Shown: positions 1 to 10,343 of the stretch, piece after piece
Numbering within the stretch: position 1 is the first letter of the stretch
How the letters are laid out: every line of letters starts with the position of its first letter
From: Acetobacteraceae bacterium
GTDB taxonomy: Bacteria > Pseudomonadota > Alphaproteobacteria > Acetobacterales > Acetobacteraceae
Direction: 5' to 3'
NCBI GenBank assembly: GCA_947455205.1
Contig: CANGNF010000009.1
Location: 13,659-77,658, forward strand
Length of the DNA: 64,000 bases
Notes under the pieces: generated by a model
What the model saw: the letters and a program-made list of their open reading frames with translations, nothing else
What the model was told of the DNA's origin: nothing
Databases searched by the model: none
Made by a program: the position numbers and the translations under genes

Positions 1-1323
1 ATTCAGCACCCAGCCGGTGGTGGCGACGCCGGCCGCCGTCAGCAGGCCGCTGATGGTGGCGATGCCGCTGCTGTCCCAGCGCACCGCCTGGCCGGTGGCG
101 GTGCTGTCCATGGCGGTGCCGACCACCACGCTGCCATCGGGTGACAGCGCATAGGCCAGCGAGATGACCGGCGGCAGGCTGAGGAAGGACAGCAGGAGGT
201 TGCCGCCATAGGGGCCGGAGAAGCCGGTAGGGCTGTCCGGCCGCAGGCCGGTAGGGAAGCCGCCGGGCCAGATGGCGCTGGCAGCCGCCGCAACGCCGCC
301 GGGCAGGCCGGGCAGCCCAACCATACCGCCGCCCGCGGTCCAGCGGAAGGCCTGCAGCTCGCCGGCGGCATTGCTGCTGCCGCCGACCGCCACGCCGCCA
401 TTGGCGCTGAGCGCCAGCACCGAGGAATAGCCCGGGAAGCCGGGGGCGAGGAAGCCGATCGGGGTGACGCTGGCAAAGCCCGCACCGGACCACAGCACCG
501 CCTGCAGCTCGCCATTGGTCGTGTCGGAGGAGAAGCCGCCGATGACGCTGCCATCGGCCGAGATGGCATTGGCCTGGCTGAGGGCGAGGCCGGCGGGCAC
601 GCCGGGCAGGTAGGGCAGCGCCTGCATGCCGCCGCCGGCGGTCCACCAGAAGCCCTGGATGTCGTTCTGGTTGCCGTTGTAGCTGCTGCCGACCACGATG
701 CTGCCATCGCCGCTGACGCCCAGCGCCATGGAGGTCAGCGGCAGATTGGCGCCGCCGCCCAGCAGATCCGGGATCGGCGTGGTATCCGCCACCAGGTAGC
801 CGAGCAGCGAGAGCGTGCCGCCGGTGATCATGGTGGCCTGCACCGAGGTGCCCAGGGCCGGGTTGTTGCTGGGCACCTTGGCCCAGCCGACCACCACGCC
901 GCCATTGGCCGAGACCGCCATGTTGCGCGACGCCGCGTCGTAGTCGTCGGCCGGGCTGGGCACGTAGAGCGGCGACGCGATGGGCAGGCCGAGCATGCCG
1001 CCGGCGGCGGTCCAGGTGAAGGCCTGGTCGACCGGGGCGAAGATGGTGCCCGGCGGGATGTTCCGCAGCGAAACGGTGGAGGAATAGCCGATGACCGTGC
1101 CGCCATTGGCGCTGATGCGGGTGGCGATGGAGGCCGCGTTGCCCCCCAGGTTGGGCGTGCCGGGCGGCGCCAGGTAGCCGAGGCCGAGGAAGGATTGCGC
1201 CGCGGCGGGCCCCGGCAGGCTCAGCGCCGTGGCCGCCAGCAGCAGGCCGGCCAAGCCGGAAAGGCGTCGGCTGGGCACGGGCGCGGCAGGTGGGGCGCTT
1301 CGGCCGATGATGCTGGTGGGCAT
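1..1323 (-). CDS. Secreted extracellular repeat protein (HAF-like repeats; possible adhesin or autotransporter passenger). N-terminal 441 codons only; the 3' end lies beyond the window edge.
   Basis: Not in the ORF track because there is no stop inside the window. The reverse strand is open from ATG (1323..1321) to position 1. It encodes MPTSIIGRSAPPAAPVPSRRLSGLAGLLLAATALSLPGPAAAQS (signal-like). Repeated units follow: ISANGGTVIGY, VSANGGVVVGW, VSGDGSIVVGS, ISADGSVIGGF, LSANGGVAVGG, LSPDGSVVVGT. They are interleaved with AFTWTAAGGM, GFWWTAGGGM, AFRWTAGGGM and AVRWD. Third codon positions are GC-rich. Confidence 0.7.
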   Translation of the reverse strand, partial: MPTSIIGRSAPPAAPVPSRRLSGLAGLLLAATALSLPGPAAAQSFLGLGYLAPPGTPNLGGNAASIATRISANGGTVIGYSSTVSLRNIPPGTIFAPVDQAFTWTAAGGMLGLPIASPLYVPSPADDYDAASRNMAVSANGGVVVGWAKVPSNNPALGTSVQATMITGGTLSLLGYLVADTTPIPDLLGGGANLPLTSMALGVSGDGSIVVGSSYNGNQNDIQGFWWTAGGGMQALPYLPGVPAGLALSQANAISADGSVIGGFSSDTTNGELQAVLWSGAGFASVTPIGFLAPGFPGYSSVLALSANGGVAVGGSSNAAGELQAFRWTAGGGMVGLPGLPGGVAAAASAIWPGGFPTGLRPDSPTGFSGPYGGNLLLSFLSLPPVISLAYALSPDGSVVVGTAMDSTATGQAVRWDSSGIATISGLLTAAGVATTGWVLN

Positions 1324-1380
1324 GATGCAACCATGTTGGTTATTTCGGGGCAGTTTGCCGATGACGGTGGAATGATGCAA
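1322..1380. repeat. Pair of identical 9-nt direct repeats ATGATGCAA (1322-1330 and 1372-1380) in the divergent promoter region
   Basis: Read directly from the sequence. The first copy overlaps the start codon of the repeat-protein gene on the opposite strand (TTGCATCAT-G). Both copies are AT-rich in a GC-rich background. Confidence 0.3.
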
Positions 1381-1485
1381 AGGCGCCCTGGTCCATTGCC
1401 CCGATAGACGCAGCCTCTGGCCGCTGCCGCCCCTTGCGGGCGCCCGGTTGGCCGGCTACCGATTCCGCCCCGTCGGAGACCGCCA

Positions 1486-2322
1486 ATGGCCTATCAGCCC
1501 TATTCCAGCTTCTGGCAGGGCGCGACGCCCGCCGCCCGCGACCTGGCCTATGACAACACCCGCGCCGTGGTCGACAGCCCGGCGCTGATCGCCGCGCGCA
1601 ACGAGGAAGCCGCCGTCTTCCGCGCCGCGCATGCCGGCCACCTGGACCTGGCCTATGGCCCCGGCCAGCGCCAGCATTGGGACCTGTTCCCGGGCGCCAA
1701 CCCGAATGCGCCGTGCCTGGTGTTCATCCATGGCGGCTACTGGCAGCGCAACCGGCGCGAGGACTTTTGTGCCTTCATGGCCGGCGCCCTGGCCATGGGC
1801 TGGTCCGCCGCCCTGCCCGGCTACACCCTGGCGCCGACCGCCACCCTGACCGACATCGTGGACGAGGTCAGCGCCAGCCTGGACTGGCTGGCGGCCAATG
1901 GCAGCGCGCACGGCATCAGCGGCCCGGTGGTGCTGAGCGGCTGGTCGGCCGGCGGCCACCTGACCGGCATGGCGGTGAAGCACCCGCGCGTCGCCGCCGG
2001 GCTGGCGATCTCCGGCATCTATGAGCTGGCGCCGATCCGCGACACTTCGCTGAACGACGCCGTGCAGTTGAGCCTGGACGAAGTGGCCGCGCTCTCCCCG
2101 CTCAGGTTGCCGATGGTGGACAAGCCGGTCGCGGTCGCCTTCGGCACCGGGGAGCTGCCGGAGCTGCGCCGCCAGAGCCGGGAATGGCACACCGCGCGCA
2201 GCGAGGCGCATTGCCCCGGCCCGCTGGTGCCGGTGCCGCGGCTGGACCACTTCCGCATCCTGGAGGAGCTGAAGACCCCCGCCGGCGCCCTGATGCGCGC
2301 CGCCGCCGGCCTGCTGGGCTGA
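1486..2322 (+). CDS. Alpha/beta hydrolase, arylformamidase (kynurenine formamidase, Afmid-type)-like esterase
   Basis: 278-aa ORF with the FIHGGYWQRN oxyanion motif and the nucleophile elbow SGWSAGGHL. Confidence 0.8.
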   Translation: MAYQPYSSFWQGATPAARDLAYDNTRAVVDSPALIAARNEEAAVFRAAHAGHLDLAYGPGQRQHWDLFPGANPNAPCLVFIHGGYWQRNRREDFCAFMAGALAMGWSAALPGYTLAPTATLTDIVDEVSASLDWLAANGSAHGISGPVVLSGWSAGGHLTGMAVKHPRVAAGLAISGIYELAPIRDTSLNDAVQLSLDEVAALSPLRLPMVDKPVAVAFGTGELPELRRQSREWHTARSEAHCPGPLVPVPRLDHFRILEELKTPAGALMRAAAGLLG

Positions 2323-2324
2323 GC

Positions 2325-2777
2325 ATGCGGCAGCCCTACATCCTGGACAGCTTCGAGCAGTTGGTGGTCGGCGAGGAGTTCGACTTCGGCCGCCTGGTGA
2401 TGACCGAGGCCGCCATCCTCGACTTCGCCCGGCAGTTCGACCCGCAGCCCTTCCATGTGGACCCGGAGGCGGCCAAGGCCAGCGTCTTCGGCGGGCTGAT
2501 CGCCAGCGGGCTGCATACGCAGAGCGCCTGCTTCGGCCAGGTGCTGCGCAGCCGCATCTTCGAGAAGGTCTCGATGGGCGGCAGCGGCATCGAGGTGGCC
2601 TGGCCCGCGCCGGTGCGGCCGGGCGACGAGATCGCGGTCAGCGCCCGGATCGAGGAGGTGACGCCGAGCCGGAGCAAGCCGGACCGCGGCATTGTCAAGC
2701 ACTGCATCACCGGGCGGCGAGTGCCGGATGGCCAGGTGCTGATCACCATCCGCGGCACCATGTTCATGAAGCGGTAG
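2325..2777 (+). CDS. MaoC-like (R)-specific enoyl-CoA hydratase / hotdog-fold dehydratase
   Basis: Track ORF 2184..2777 trimmed to ATG 2325, which lies 3 nt after the upstream stop. The sequence MRQPYILDSFEQLVVGEEFDFGRLVMTEAAILDFARQFDPQPFHVDPEAA...GGLIASGLH is typical MaoC. Confidence 0.8.
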   Translation: MRQPYILDSFEQLVVGEEFDFGRLVMTEAAILDFARQFDPQPFHVDPEAAKASVFGGLIASGLHTQSACFGQVLRSRIFEKVSMGGSGIEVAWPAPVRPGDEIAVSARIEEVTPSRSKPDRGIVKHCITGRRVPDGQVLITIRGTMFMKR

Positions 2778-2783
2778 CGCCGG

Positions 2784-3800
2784 TCAGGGCGTCACCGCTT
2801 CGAAGCTGAAGAAGGGCGCCACGCCGGGCGTGATCCGGACGCGCACGGCGACCATCTCGTCCTCGCCGGGCACCATGAAGCGGGTGGTGTTGGGGATGAT
2901 GCCACCGCGGCCATTGCCGGGGCTGCGGTCCTCCAGCCAGCGGTGGCTGTCGCCGTGCAGGACCAGCACCTGGCCCTGGAAGCCGGCGGCGTGCTGGCTC
3001 AGCCGCGCCAGGAAGCCGCGATAGTCATAGGCGGCATCGTCGCGGTTGATGCCGTCATGGCGGCCATAGGGTTCCCGCGTGCAGGCCACGCCCTTGGCGC
3101 GGTGCTGCTCCATCTGGCAGGGGTGCCACATATCCGCCTGGAAGCCGAGGACCAGCACCGGCAGCCGGCGTTCCGTGGCCATGGCGAAGGCGGCGTCCAG
3201 CCAGGCCAGGTTGGCGGCGGCGATCTCCGCCAGCACCGCGCGGTCACCGGGGAAGTTCTCCACCCCGGTGAAGACGCCGGGGATGTGCAGCGTGGCGAAC
3301 AGCACCTGGCCCTGCTGCCAGCGGGCATTCTCCACCCCCACGCCCCGGCTGGCCTGGCGGTCCAGCGGCAGCGGCCGGGCGCCCAGGCTGCGGGAACGGC
3401 TGAAGAAGGCCTCGCGCAGCCGCTCCAGCGAGGCGACCGGCGCCACCCCGCCCGGCGCCACGTTGCTGCGGGCGCAGTCGGTCCATTCATTGTCGCCCAG
3501 CGCGTAGAACATCGCGCCGTCGAAGGCGCCGAAGTACTCGGCCGGGCGGGTGACGGTATGGAACAGGTCGCAGGCTTCCTGGCTGGCCTTGGTGTCGCCC
3601 AGGAAGATCGCGGTGGGCACGCCGGTGCGGTTCATGGCGCGGACCAGGCGGGCGGTGGTCGCCTCCCGGGTGTCGCAGGTCGCGGTATCGGCCACGGCGC
3701 GGCAATAGGGCATGTCGCCCCAGACCAGGAATTCCTCGGCCTGGGCGCGGCCGGACAGGCAGGCGGCGGCAAGCATCAGGGCCAGGAGCAGGCGGAGCAT
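2784..3800 (-). CDS. Secreted calcineurin-like metallophosphoesterase
   Basis: Track ORF 2784..3878 trimmed to MLRLLLALMLAAACLSGRAQA (signal peptide). Motifs GDMPY, FLGDT, GDNEW and LHGDSH are present. Confidence 0.75.
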   Translation of the reverse strand: MLRLLLALMLAAACLSGRAQAEEFLVWGDMPYCRAVADTATCDTREATTARLVRAMNRTGVPTAIFLGDTKASQEACDLFHTVTRPAEYFGAFDGAMFYALGDNEWTDCARSNVAPGGVAPVASLERLREAFFSRSRSLGARPLPLDRQASRGVGVENARWQQGQVLFATLHIPGVFTGVENFPGDRAVLAEIAAANLAWLDAAFAMATERRLPVLVLGFQADMWHPCQMEQHRAKGVACTREPYGRHDGINRDDAAYDYRGFLARLSQHAAGFQGQVLVLHGDSHRWLEDRSPGNGRGGIIPNTTRFMVPGEDEMVAVRVRITPGVAPFFSFEAVTP

Positions 3801-3871
3801 CGGCACGTCCTTCAGGGCGGGGCGGGCCCCAAGGGGTAGCGCAGCGGGCGCCGGGGCGCTATCGGGCGCCG

Positions 3872-4933
3872 GTGACAAGCCCCCTCCCCCCGCTCAGCCC
3901 CGCGGATTTCGACTTCGCCCTGCCGGAGGCGCTGGTGGCGCAAGCCCCGGCGCGGCCGCGCGACGCGGCGCGGCTGCTGCATGTGGCGGTGGGCCGGGTG
4001 GCGGACCTGGGGGTGCGCGACCTGCCCCGCCTGCTGCGCCAGGGCGACCTGCTGGTGGCGAACGATACGCGGGTGATCCCGGCCCGGCTGCGGGCCCGGC
4101 GCGGCGCGGCCAGGCTGGAGATCATGCTGAACCGCGACGAGGGCGGCGGCATCTGGCAGGCGCTGGTCCGCAACGCCCGCCGGCTACGGGCGGGCGACAC
4201 GGTGGAGATCGAGGGGGCGCCCGGCCTGGCGGTGCGGGTGGTGGACCGGGCCGAGGACGGCACCGTGCGCTTCGACTTCGGCGCCGACCCCGCCGCGCTT
4301 GCCCAGGCGCTGGAGGCCGCCGGCGAGGTGCCGTTGCCGCCCTACATTGCCCGCCCGGACGGGCCGCTGGCGACCGACCGCGCCGACTACCAGACCCTGT
4401 TCGCCGAGCGCCCCGGCGCGGTGGCGGCGCCGACCGCCAGCCTGCACTTCACGCCCGAGTTGCTGGCGGCGGTGCGGGCGCGGGGGGTGGGCCTGGTGAA
4501 CGTGACCCTGCATGTCGGCGCCGGCACCTTCCTGCCGTTGCGCGGCGACGACATCCGGGCGCAGAAACTGCATGCCGAATGGGGCGAGGTCTCGGCCGAG
4601 GCGGCGGCGGCGATCAACGCCACGCGCGCCGCCGGCGGCCGGGTGGTGGCGCTGGGCACCACGGCGCTGCGGCTGCTGGAAAGCTGCGTGGACGCTGAGG
4701 GCGTGGTGCATGCCTTCCGCGGCACCACCGATATCTTCCTGCTGCCGGGGCATGCGTTTCGGAGTGCGGATTTGCTGCTGACCAACTTCCACCTGCCGAA
4801 GAGCACGCTGTTCATGCTGGTTTCCGCCTTTGCCGGGGTGGAGCGCATGCGCGCCGCCTATGCCCATGCCATCGCCGGGGGGTACCGGTTCTATTCGTTT
4901 GGCGATGCGTCGCTGCTGGAGCGGGCCCCATGA
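3872..4933 (+). CDS. queA: S-adenosylmethionine:tRNA ribosyltransferase-isomerase
   Basis: GTG start. The sequence runs [28 protein letters not shown]...[12 protein letters not shown]...LPPYI...[17 protein letters not shown]...[13 protein letters not shown]. It matches QueA full length. Confidence 0.93.
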   Translation: MTSPLPPLSPADFDFALPEALVAQAPARPRDAARLLHVAVGRVADLGVRDLPRLLRQGDLLVANDTRVIPARLRARRGAARLEIMLNRDEGGGIWQALVRNARRLRAGDTVEIEGAPGLAVRVVDRAEDGTVRFDFGADPAALAQALEAAGEVPLPPYIARPDGPLATDRADYQTLFAERPGAVAAPTASLHFTPELLAAVRARGVGLVNVTLHVGAGTFLPLRGDDIRAQKLHAEWGEVSAEAAAAINATRAAGGRVVALGTTALRLLESCVDAEGVVHAFRGTTDIFLLPGHAFRSADLLLTNFHLPKSTLFMLVSAFAGVERMRAAYAHAIAGGYRFYSFGDASLLERAP

Positions 4934-6048
4934 CGTTGCATTGGACCCCTGCCGCGACCGATGGCGCGGCCCGCGCCGGCACGCTGCACACCGCGCATGG
5001 TGAGGTGGAGACGCCGGTCTTCATGCCCGTCGGCACCGCCGGCACGGTGAAGGCGATGACGGCGGACGCAGTGCGCTCCACCGGCGCGCGGATGGTGCTG
5101 GGCAACACCTACCACCTGATGCTGCGGCCGACCGCCGAGCGCATCGCCCGGCTGGGCGGCCTGCACAAATTCATGGACTGGCACGGCCCGATCCTGACCG
5201 ATTCCGGCGGTTACCAGGTGATGAGCCTGAACGAACTCCGCAAGCTGGACGAGGACGGCGTCACCTTCCGCAGCCATGTGGATGGCAGCAAGCACCGGCT
5301 GACGCCGGAACGCAGCATCGAGATCCAGCACCTGCTGGGCGCCGACGTGACCATGTGCTTCGACGAATGCACGCCCTTCCCGGCCACCGAGGAGGTGGCG
5401 GCGGCGAGCATGCGGCTTTCCATGCGCTGGGCCGCGCGCAGCCGCGCCGCCTTCCAGCCGCGCGCGGGCCATGGGCTGTTCGGCATCGTGCAGGGCAGCG
5501 TCTACCCGAGCCTGCGGGCGGAGAGCGTGGCGGCGCTGACCGCGATTGGGTTCGAGGGCTATGCCGTCGGCGGGCTGGCGGTGGGCGAGGGCCAGGAGGT
5601 GATGTTCGCCTGCCTGGACGTGACCACGCCGCTGCTGCCGCAGGACCGCCCGCGCTACCTGATGGGGGTCGGCACCCCGGCCGATATCGTCGGCGCCGTG
5701 GCGCGCGGCATCGACATGTTCGACTGCGTGATCCCCACGCGCAGCGGCCGCACCGCGCGGGCCTATACCAGCCGCGGCCAGCTGAACCTGCGCAATGCCC
5801 GCCATGCCGATGACGGGTCCGCGCTGGACCCCAACTGCGGCTGCGTCACTTGCACCAGGCATTCCCGCGCCTACCTGAACCACCTGTTCAAGGCCGAGGA
5901 AATGCTCGGGCCGATGCTGCTGACCTGGCACAACATCCACTACTACCAGACGCTGACGCGGCGGCTGCGCGGCGCGATCCTGGACGGCCGCTTCGCCCAG
6001 GTTGCCGCCGAGATGGCCGCCGAATGGGCGCCGGAGGACACGCCATGA
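4930..6048 (+). CDS. tgt: tRNA-guanine(34) transglycosylase
   Basis: ATGA overlap with the queA stop. Contains [38 protein letters not shown] and the Zn site [17 protein letters not shown]. Confidence 0.95.
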   Translation: MTLHWTPAATDGAARAGTLHTAHGEVETPVFMPVGTAGTVKAMTADAVRSTGARMVLGNTYHLMLRPTAERIARLGGLHKFMDWHGPILTDSGGYQVMSLNELRKLDEDGVTFRSHVDGSKHRLTPERSIEIQHLLGADVTMCFDECTPFPATEEVAAASMRLSMRWAARSRAAFQPRAGHGLFGIVQGSVYPSLRAESVAALTAIGFEGYAVGGLAVGEGQEVMFACLDVTTPLLPQDRPRYLMGVGTPADIVGAVARGIDMFDCVIPTRSGRTARAYTSRGQLNLRNARHADDGSALDPNCGCVTCTRHSRAYLNHLFKAEEMLGPMLLTWHNIHYYQTLTRRLRGAILDGRFAQVAAEMAAEWAPEDTP

Positions 6049-6492
6049 CCACCGATGTTTCCGGCCTGACCCTGCTGGGCCACGCGACCCAGCAGCCGAC
6101 GACGCCCGAGGCCGCGACGCTGGAGACGGTGCCGAACCCGCAGCCGGGCGTGGCCTATTGCGTGCGCTTCACCGCGCCGGAGTTCACCTCGCTCTGCCCG
6201 ATGACGGGGCAGCCGGACTTCGCCCACCTGGTCATCGACTACGTGCCCGATGCGCTGCTGGTGGAGAGCAAGTCGCTCAAGCTGTTCCTGACCAGCTTCC
6301 GCAACCACGGCGCCTTCCATGAGGATTGCACGGTCGGCATCGGCCGGCGCGTGGCGGCGGCGACCAGGCCGGTGTGGCTGCGGATCGGCGGCTATTGGTA
6401 TCCGCGCGGCGGCATCCCCATCGACGTGTTCTGGCAGACCGGTGCGGCGCCGGAGGGGGTCTGGATTCCGCCGCAGGAGGTGCCGGGGTATC

Positions 6493-6506
<14 letters not shown>
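6045..6506 (+). CDS. queF: NADPH-dependent 7-cyano-7-deazaguanine (preQ0) reductase, type I
   Basis: Track ORF 5850..6506 trimmed to ATG 6045 (ATGA overlap with the tgt stop). Catalytic Cys context [14 protein letters not shown] and the QueF motif ESKSLKLFL are present. Confidence 0.93.
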
Positions 6507-7520
<1,014 letters not shown>

Positions 7521-7524
<4 letters not shown>

Positions 7525-8222
7525 ACGAGGGCGCATTGGTGCTGTTCAGCGGCGGGCAGGACAGCGCGACCTGCCTGGCCTGGGCGCTGGACCGCTTCGG
7601 CAGCGTGGAAACGCTAGGCTTCGACTACGGCCAGCGCCATGTGGTGGAACTGGCCTGCCGCGACACGCTGCGGGCGCGGCTGCTACGGGACTTCCCCACC
7701 TGGGCGCCGCGGCTTGGCGCCGACCACACGCTGGAACTGGCGGCGCTGGGCGCGCTTTCGGAGACCTCGCTGACGCGGGAGACCGAGATCGCCATGCAGG
7801 CGGATGGGCTGCCGAATACCTTCGTGCCCGGGCGCAATCTTTTGTTTGTTACCTTCGCGGCTGCCTTGGCGTATCGGCGCGGGCTGAAGCACATCGTGCT
7901 GGGCGTGTGTGAGACCGACTACTCCGGCTATCCGGATTGCCGCGACGACACCATCAAAGCCATGCAGGTGGCGCTTAACCTGGGCATGGAGCGGCGCTTC
8001 GTGCTGCACACCCCGCTGATGTGGCTGGACAAGGCGGCGACCTGGCGGCTTGCGGAACAGCTGGGCGGCGCCTCGCTGGTGGAGCTGGTGCGGGCGGAAA
8101 GCCACAGCTGCTACCGCGGCGACCGGGCGCATGAGCACCCCTGGGGCTTCGGCTGCGGCACCTGCCCGGCCTGCGAGTTGCGCGCCAAGGGCTGGCAGGG
8201 CTACACGGCCACGCATGTTTAG
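7521..8222 (+). CDS. queC: 7-cyano-7-deazaguanine synthase
   Basis: Trimmed to ATG 7521 (ATGA overlap with the queG stop). Begins [23 protein letters not shown] and contains FDYGQRH. The C-terminal Zn cysteines are CYRG...[10 protein letters not shown]. Confidence 0.95.
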
Positions 8223-8733
8223 CCTGGTCTTCTCCCGCCGCTTCGCCATGGCGCATCGGCTGCTGGCCGACGCCTCGGCGAAATGCGCCATCCCGCATGG
8301 CCATAACGAGGTGGTGACGGTGCGCCTGATGGCGACCCGGCCGCTGCCGCTGGATGGCCGGGCGAACATGGTCGAGAGCTTCGAGCGCGCCAAGCGCGCC
8401 TGGCACGCCTGGGTGGATGACAGCCTGGACCACGCCCTGCACCTGGCCGAGACGGACCCGCTGCTGGGGTGGTTCCGCACCCATGAACCGCAGCGTCTGG
8501 GCCGCATTCTGCTGACGCCGGGCGACCCGACGACCGAGGCACTGGCCTGCTGCCTGATGAGCAAGTGCAACGCCTTTTTGGCCGCCGATGGCGGGCGGCT
8601 GCGCTGCGCCGAGATTTCGGTGGAGGAGACGCCGACCAATACGGTGAGCTTCGACGGCGACCCGGATGAATGGCTGCCGGTGGCCGGTGACCGTTGGTGG
8701 CGGCGCGCCGATGCCAGCGTGAACGACCTGTGA
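8215..8733 (+). CDS. queD: 6-carboxy-5,6,7,8-tetrahydropterin synthase (long QueD/PTPS-type)
   Basis: Trimmed to ATG 8215 (8-nt overlap with queC). Contains [12 protein letters not shown] and the CxxxHGH motif (CAIPHGHNE). At 172 aa it is longer than the roughly 120-aa enterobacterial QueD. Confidence 0.85.
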   Translation: MFSLVFSRRFAMAHRLLADASAKCAIPHGHNEVVTVRLMATRPLPLDGRANMVESFERAKRAWHAWVDDSLDHALHLAETDPLLGWFRTHEPQRLGRILLTPGDPTTEALACCLMSKCNAFLAADGGRLRCAEISVEETPTNTVSFDGDPDEWLPVAGDRWWRRADASVNDL

Positions 8734-9353
8734 CCTACGCGGTGAAGGAGATCTTCGCCACGCTGCAGGGCGAAGGCGCGCAGGCCGGGCGGGCCGCGGT
8801 GTTCTGCCGCTTTGCCGGCTGCAACCTCTGGAGCGGGCGCGAGGAAGACCGCGCCACGGCGGTTTGCCAGTTCTGCGATACCGACTTCGTGGGTGCCGAT
8901 GCCGGTAAGTTCGAGACCGCCGACGCCCTGGCCGACGCGGTGCTGGCCGAGTGGCCGGCCGGCGCGGCGCATCGCTTCGTGGTGGTGACGGGCGGCGAGC
9001 CGCTGCTGCAGCTGGACGCGGCATTGATCGCGGCGCTGCATGCGCGCGGCTTCGAGATTGCGGTGGAAACCAACGGCACGCTGGCGGCGCCGGAAGGGTT
9101 GGACTGGATCTGCGTTTCGCCCAAGGCCGGCGCGGCCCTGGTGCAGCGTTCAGGCCATGAGTTGAAGCTGGTGTACCCGCAGCCGACGCTGCTGCCGGAT
9201 GCCGTGGCCGACCTCGCCTTCCGACACTTCCTGCTGCAACCGATGGACGGGCCGCGGCAGCGGGAGAATACCGCCGCCGCGATTGCCTATTGCCAGGCGC
9301 ACCCGCAGTGGCGGCTTTCGGTGCAGACCCACAAGGCGGTGGGGATCAGGTAG
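8730..9353 (+). CDS. queE: 7-carboxy-7-deazaguanine synthase (radical SAM)
   Basis: GTG 8730 (GTGA overlap with the queD stop). Contains EIFATLQGEG. The cluster motif CNLWSGREEDRATAVCQFC fits the C-X14-C-X2-C variant. GGEPLLQ is also present. Confidence 0.9.
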   Translation: MTYAVKEIFATLQGEGAQAGRAAVFCRFAGCNLWSGREEDRATAVCQFCDTDFVGADAGKFETADALADAVLAEWPAGAAHRFVVVTGGEPLLQLDAALIAALHARGFEIAVETNGTLAAPEGLDWICVSPKAGAALVQRSGHELKLVYPQPTLLPDAVADLAFRHFLLQPMDGPRQRENTAAAIAYCQAHPQWRLSVQTHKAVGIR

Positions 9354-9383
9354 CGCGGGCCTGCCGCGCCACCTGGACCACGC

Positions 9384-10343
9384 TCAGTCCGCCTTCACGT
9401 TGTTGTCGCGCACCACCTTGCTCCAGGTCTCGATCTGGCGGTCCAGGAAGGGGCGCAGCACGGTGGCGTCGCCCAGGTCCAGCTTGGCCTGCTGGGTGTT
9501 CTCCATCTGCTCGCGGATGCGCGGTTCGTTGAAGGTCTCGCGCAGCGCCGCGTACATCCGCGCCACCACGTCGGCCGGCGTGCCGTGCGGCGCGAAGACG
9601 CCCCACCAGGCCACCGCGTCCAGTTTGCCGAAGCCGGCTTCCTCCACCGTCTGCGTCTGCGCCAGCGCAGGCAGGCGGGCCGTGCCGAATTGCAGCAGCG
9701 GGCGCAGCAGGCCACCGGCGATGTGCGGCGCCACCAGCGCGGCGCTGCCGATCATGCAGTCGGTATGGCCGGCCACCGCGTCGTTCACCGCCAGGCCGCC
9801 GCTGCGATACGGCAGGTGCGTCATGCTCACGCCCTGGCGTCCCGTCAGCAGGATCATCGCCAGGTGCCCGACGGTGCCGTTGCCGGTGCTGCCATAGCTG
9901 ACGCCATCCGGCTTGGCCTTGGCCGCGGCGATCAGGTCCGCCGCCGTGCGATAGGGCTTGTCGGCCTTGCAGGCGATGACATAGGGCGCGCCGCCGATCA
10001 GCATGACCGGGTCCAGGTCGCCGGTCAGGTTGAACGGCAGGCGGCCGAGCAGCGCCGGCATGGTGGCGTGGCTGTCGAAGGTCAGCAGCCAGGTCTGGCC
10101 ATCCGGCTTGGCCTTGGCCACCAGGTCGGCACCGAGGGAACCCGCCGCGCCGGACTTGTTCTCCACCACCACGGGCACGCCGAGCCGCGCGGTCATGCCG
10201 GAAGAGGCCAACCGCGCGACCGCATCGGTGGAGCCACCCGGCCCGAAGGGCACCACGATGCGGACCGGGCCGTTGGGCCAGGCGGTCTGCGCCCGCGCAA
10301 TGGCGGGCAGCGCGAGGGAGGCCAGCAGCGTGCGACGAAGCAT
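9384..10343 (-). CDS. Bug-family (TctC) tripartite tricarboxylate transporter substrate-binding protein
   Basis: 319 aa. Signal MLRRTLLASLALPAIARAQ, followed by WPNGPVRIVVPFGPGGSTD, the Bug hallmark. Confidence 0.9.
   Translation of the reverse strand: MLRRTLLASLALPAIARAQTAWPNGPVRIVVPFGPGGSTDAVARLASSGMTARLGVPVVVENKSGAAGSLGADLVAKAKPDGQTWLLTFDSHATMPALLGRLPFNLTGDLDPVMLIGGAPYVIACKADKPYRTAADLIAAAKAKPDGVSYGSTGNGTVGHLAMILLTGRQGVSMTHLPYRSGGLAVNDAVAGHTDCMIGSAALVAPHIAGGLLRPLLQFGTARLPALAQTQTVEEAGFGKLDAVAWWGVFAPHGTPADVVARMYAALRETFNEPRIREQMENTQQAKLDLGDATVLRPFLDRQIETWSKVVRDNNVKAD

Noticed and set aside
39-1106. Track ORFs 39..707 and 828..1106 (minus strand) as genes
   Set aside because: Their translations are low-complexity Ala/Pro/Arg/Ser/Cys strings. 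Another minus frame is open across the whole region and encodes a coherent signal peptide plus a repeat protein. These two are wrong-frame shadows of that gene.
3712-4698. 328-aa Gly/Arg/Pro-rich ORF overlapping queA in another + frame
   Set aside because: Low-complexity composition and no motifs. The QueA frame matches the family end to end. This is a frame shadow.
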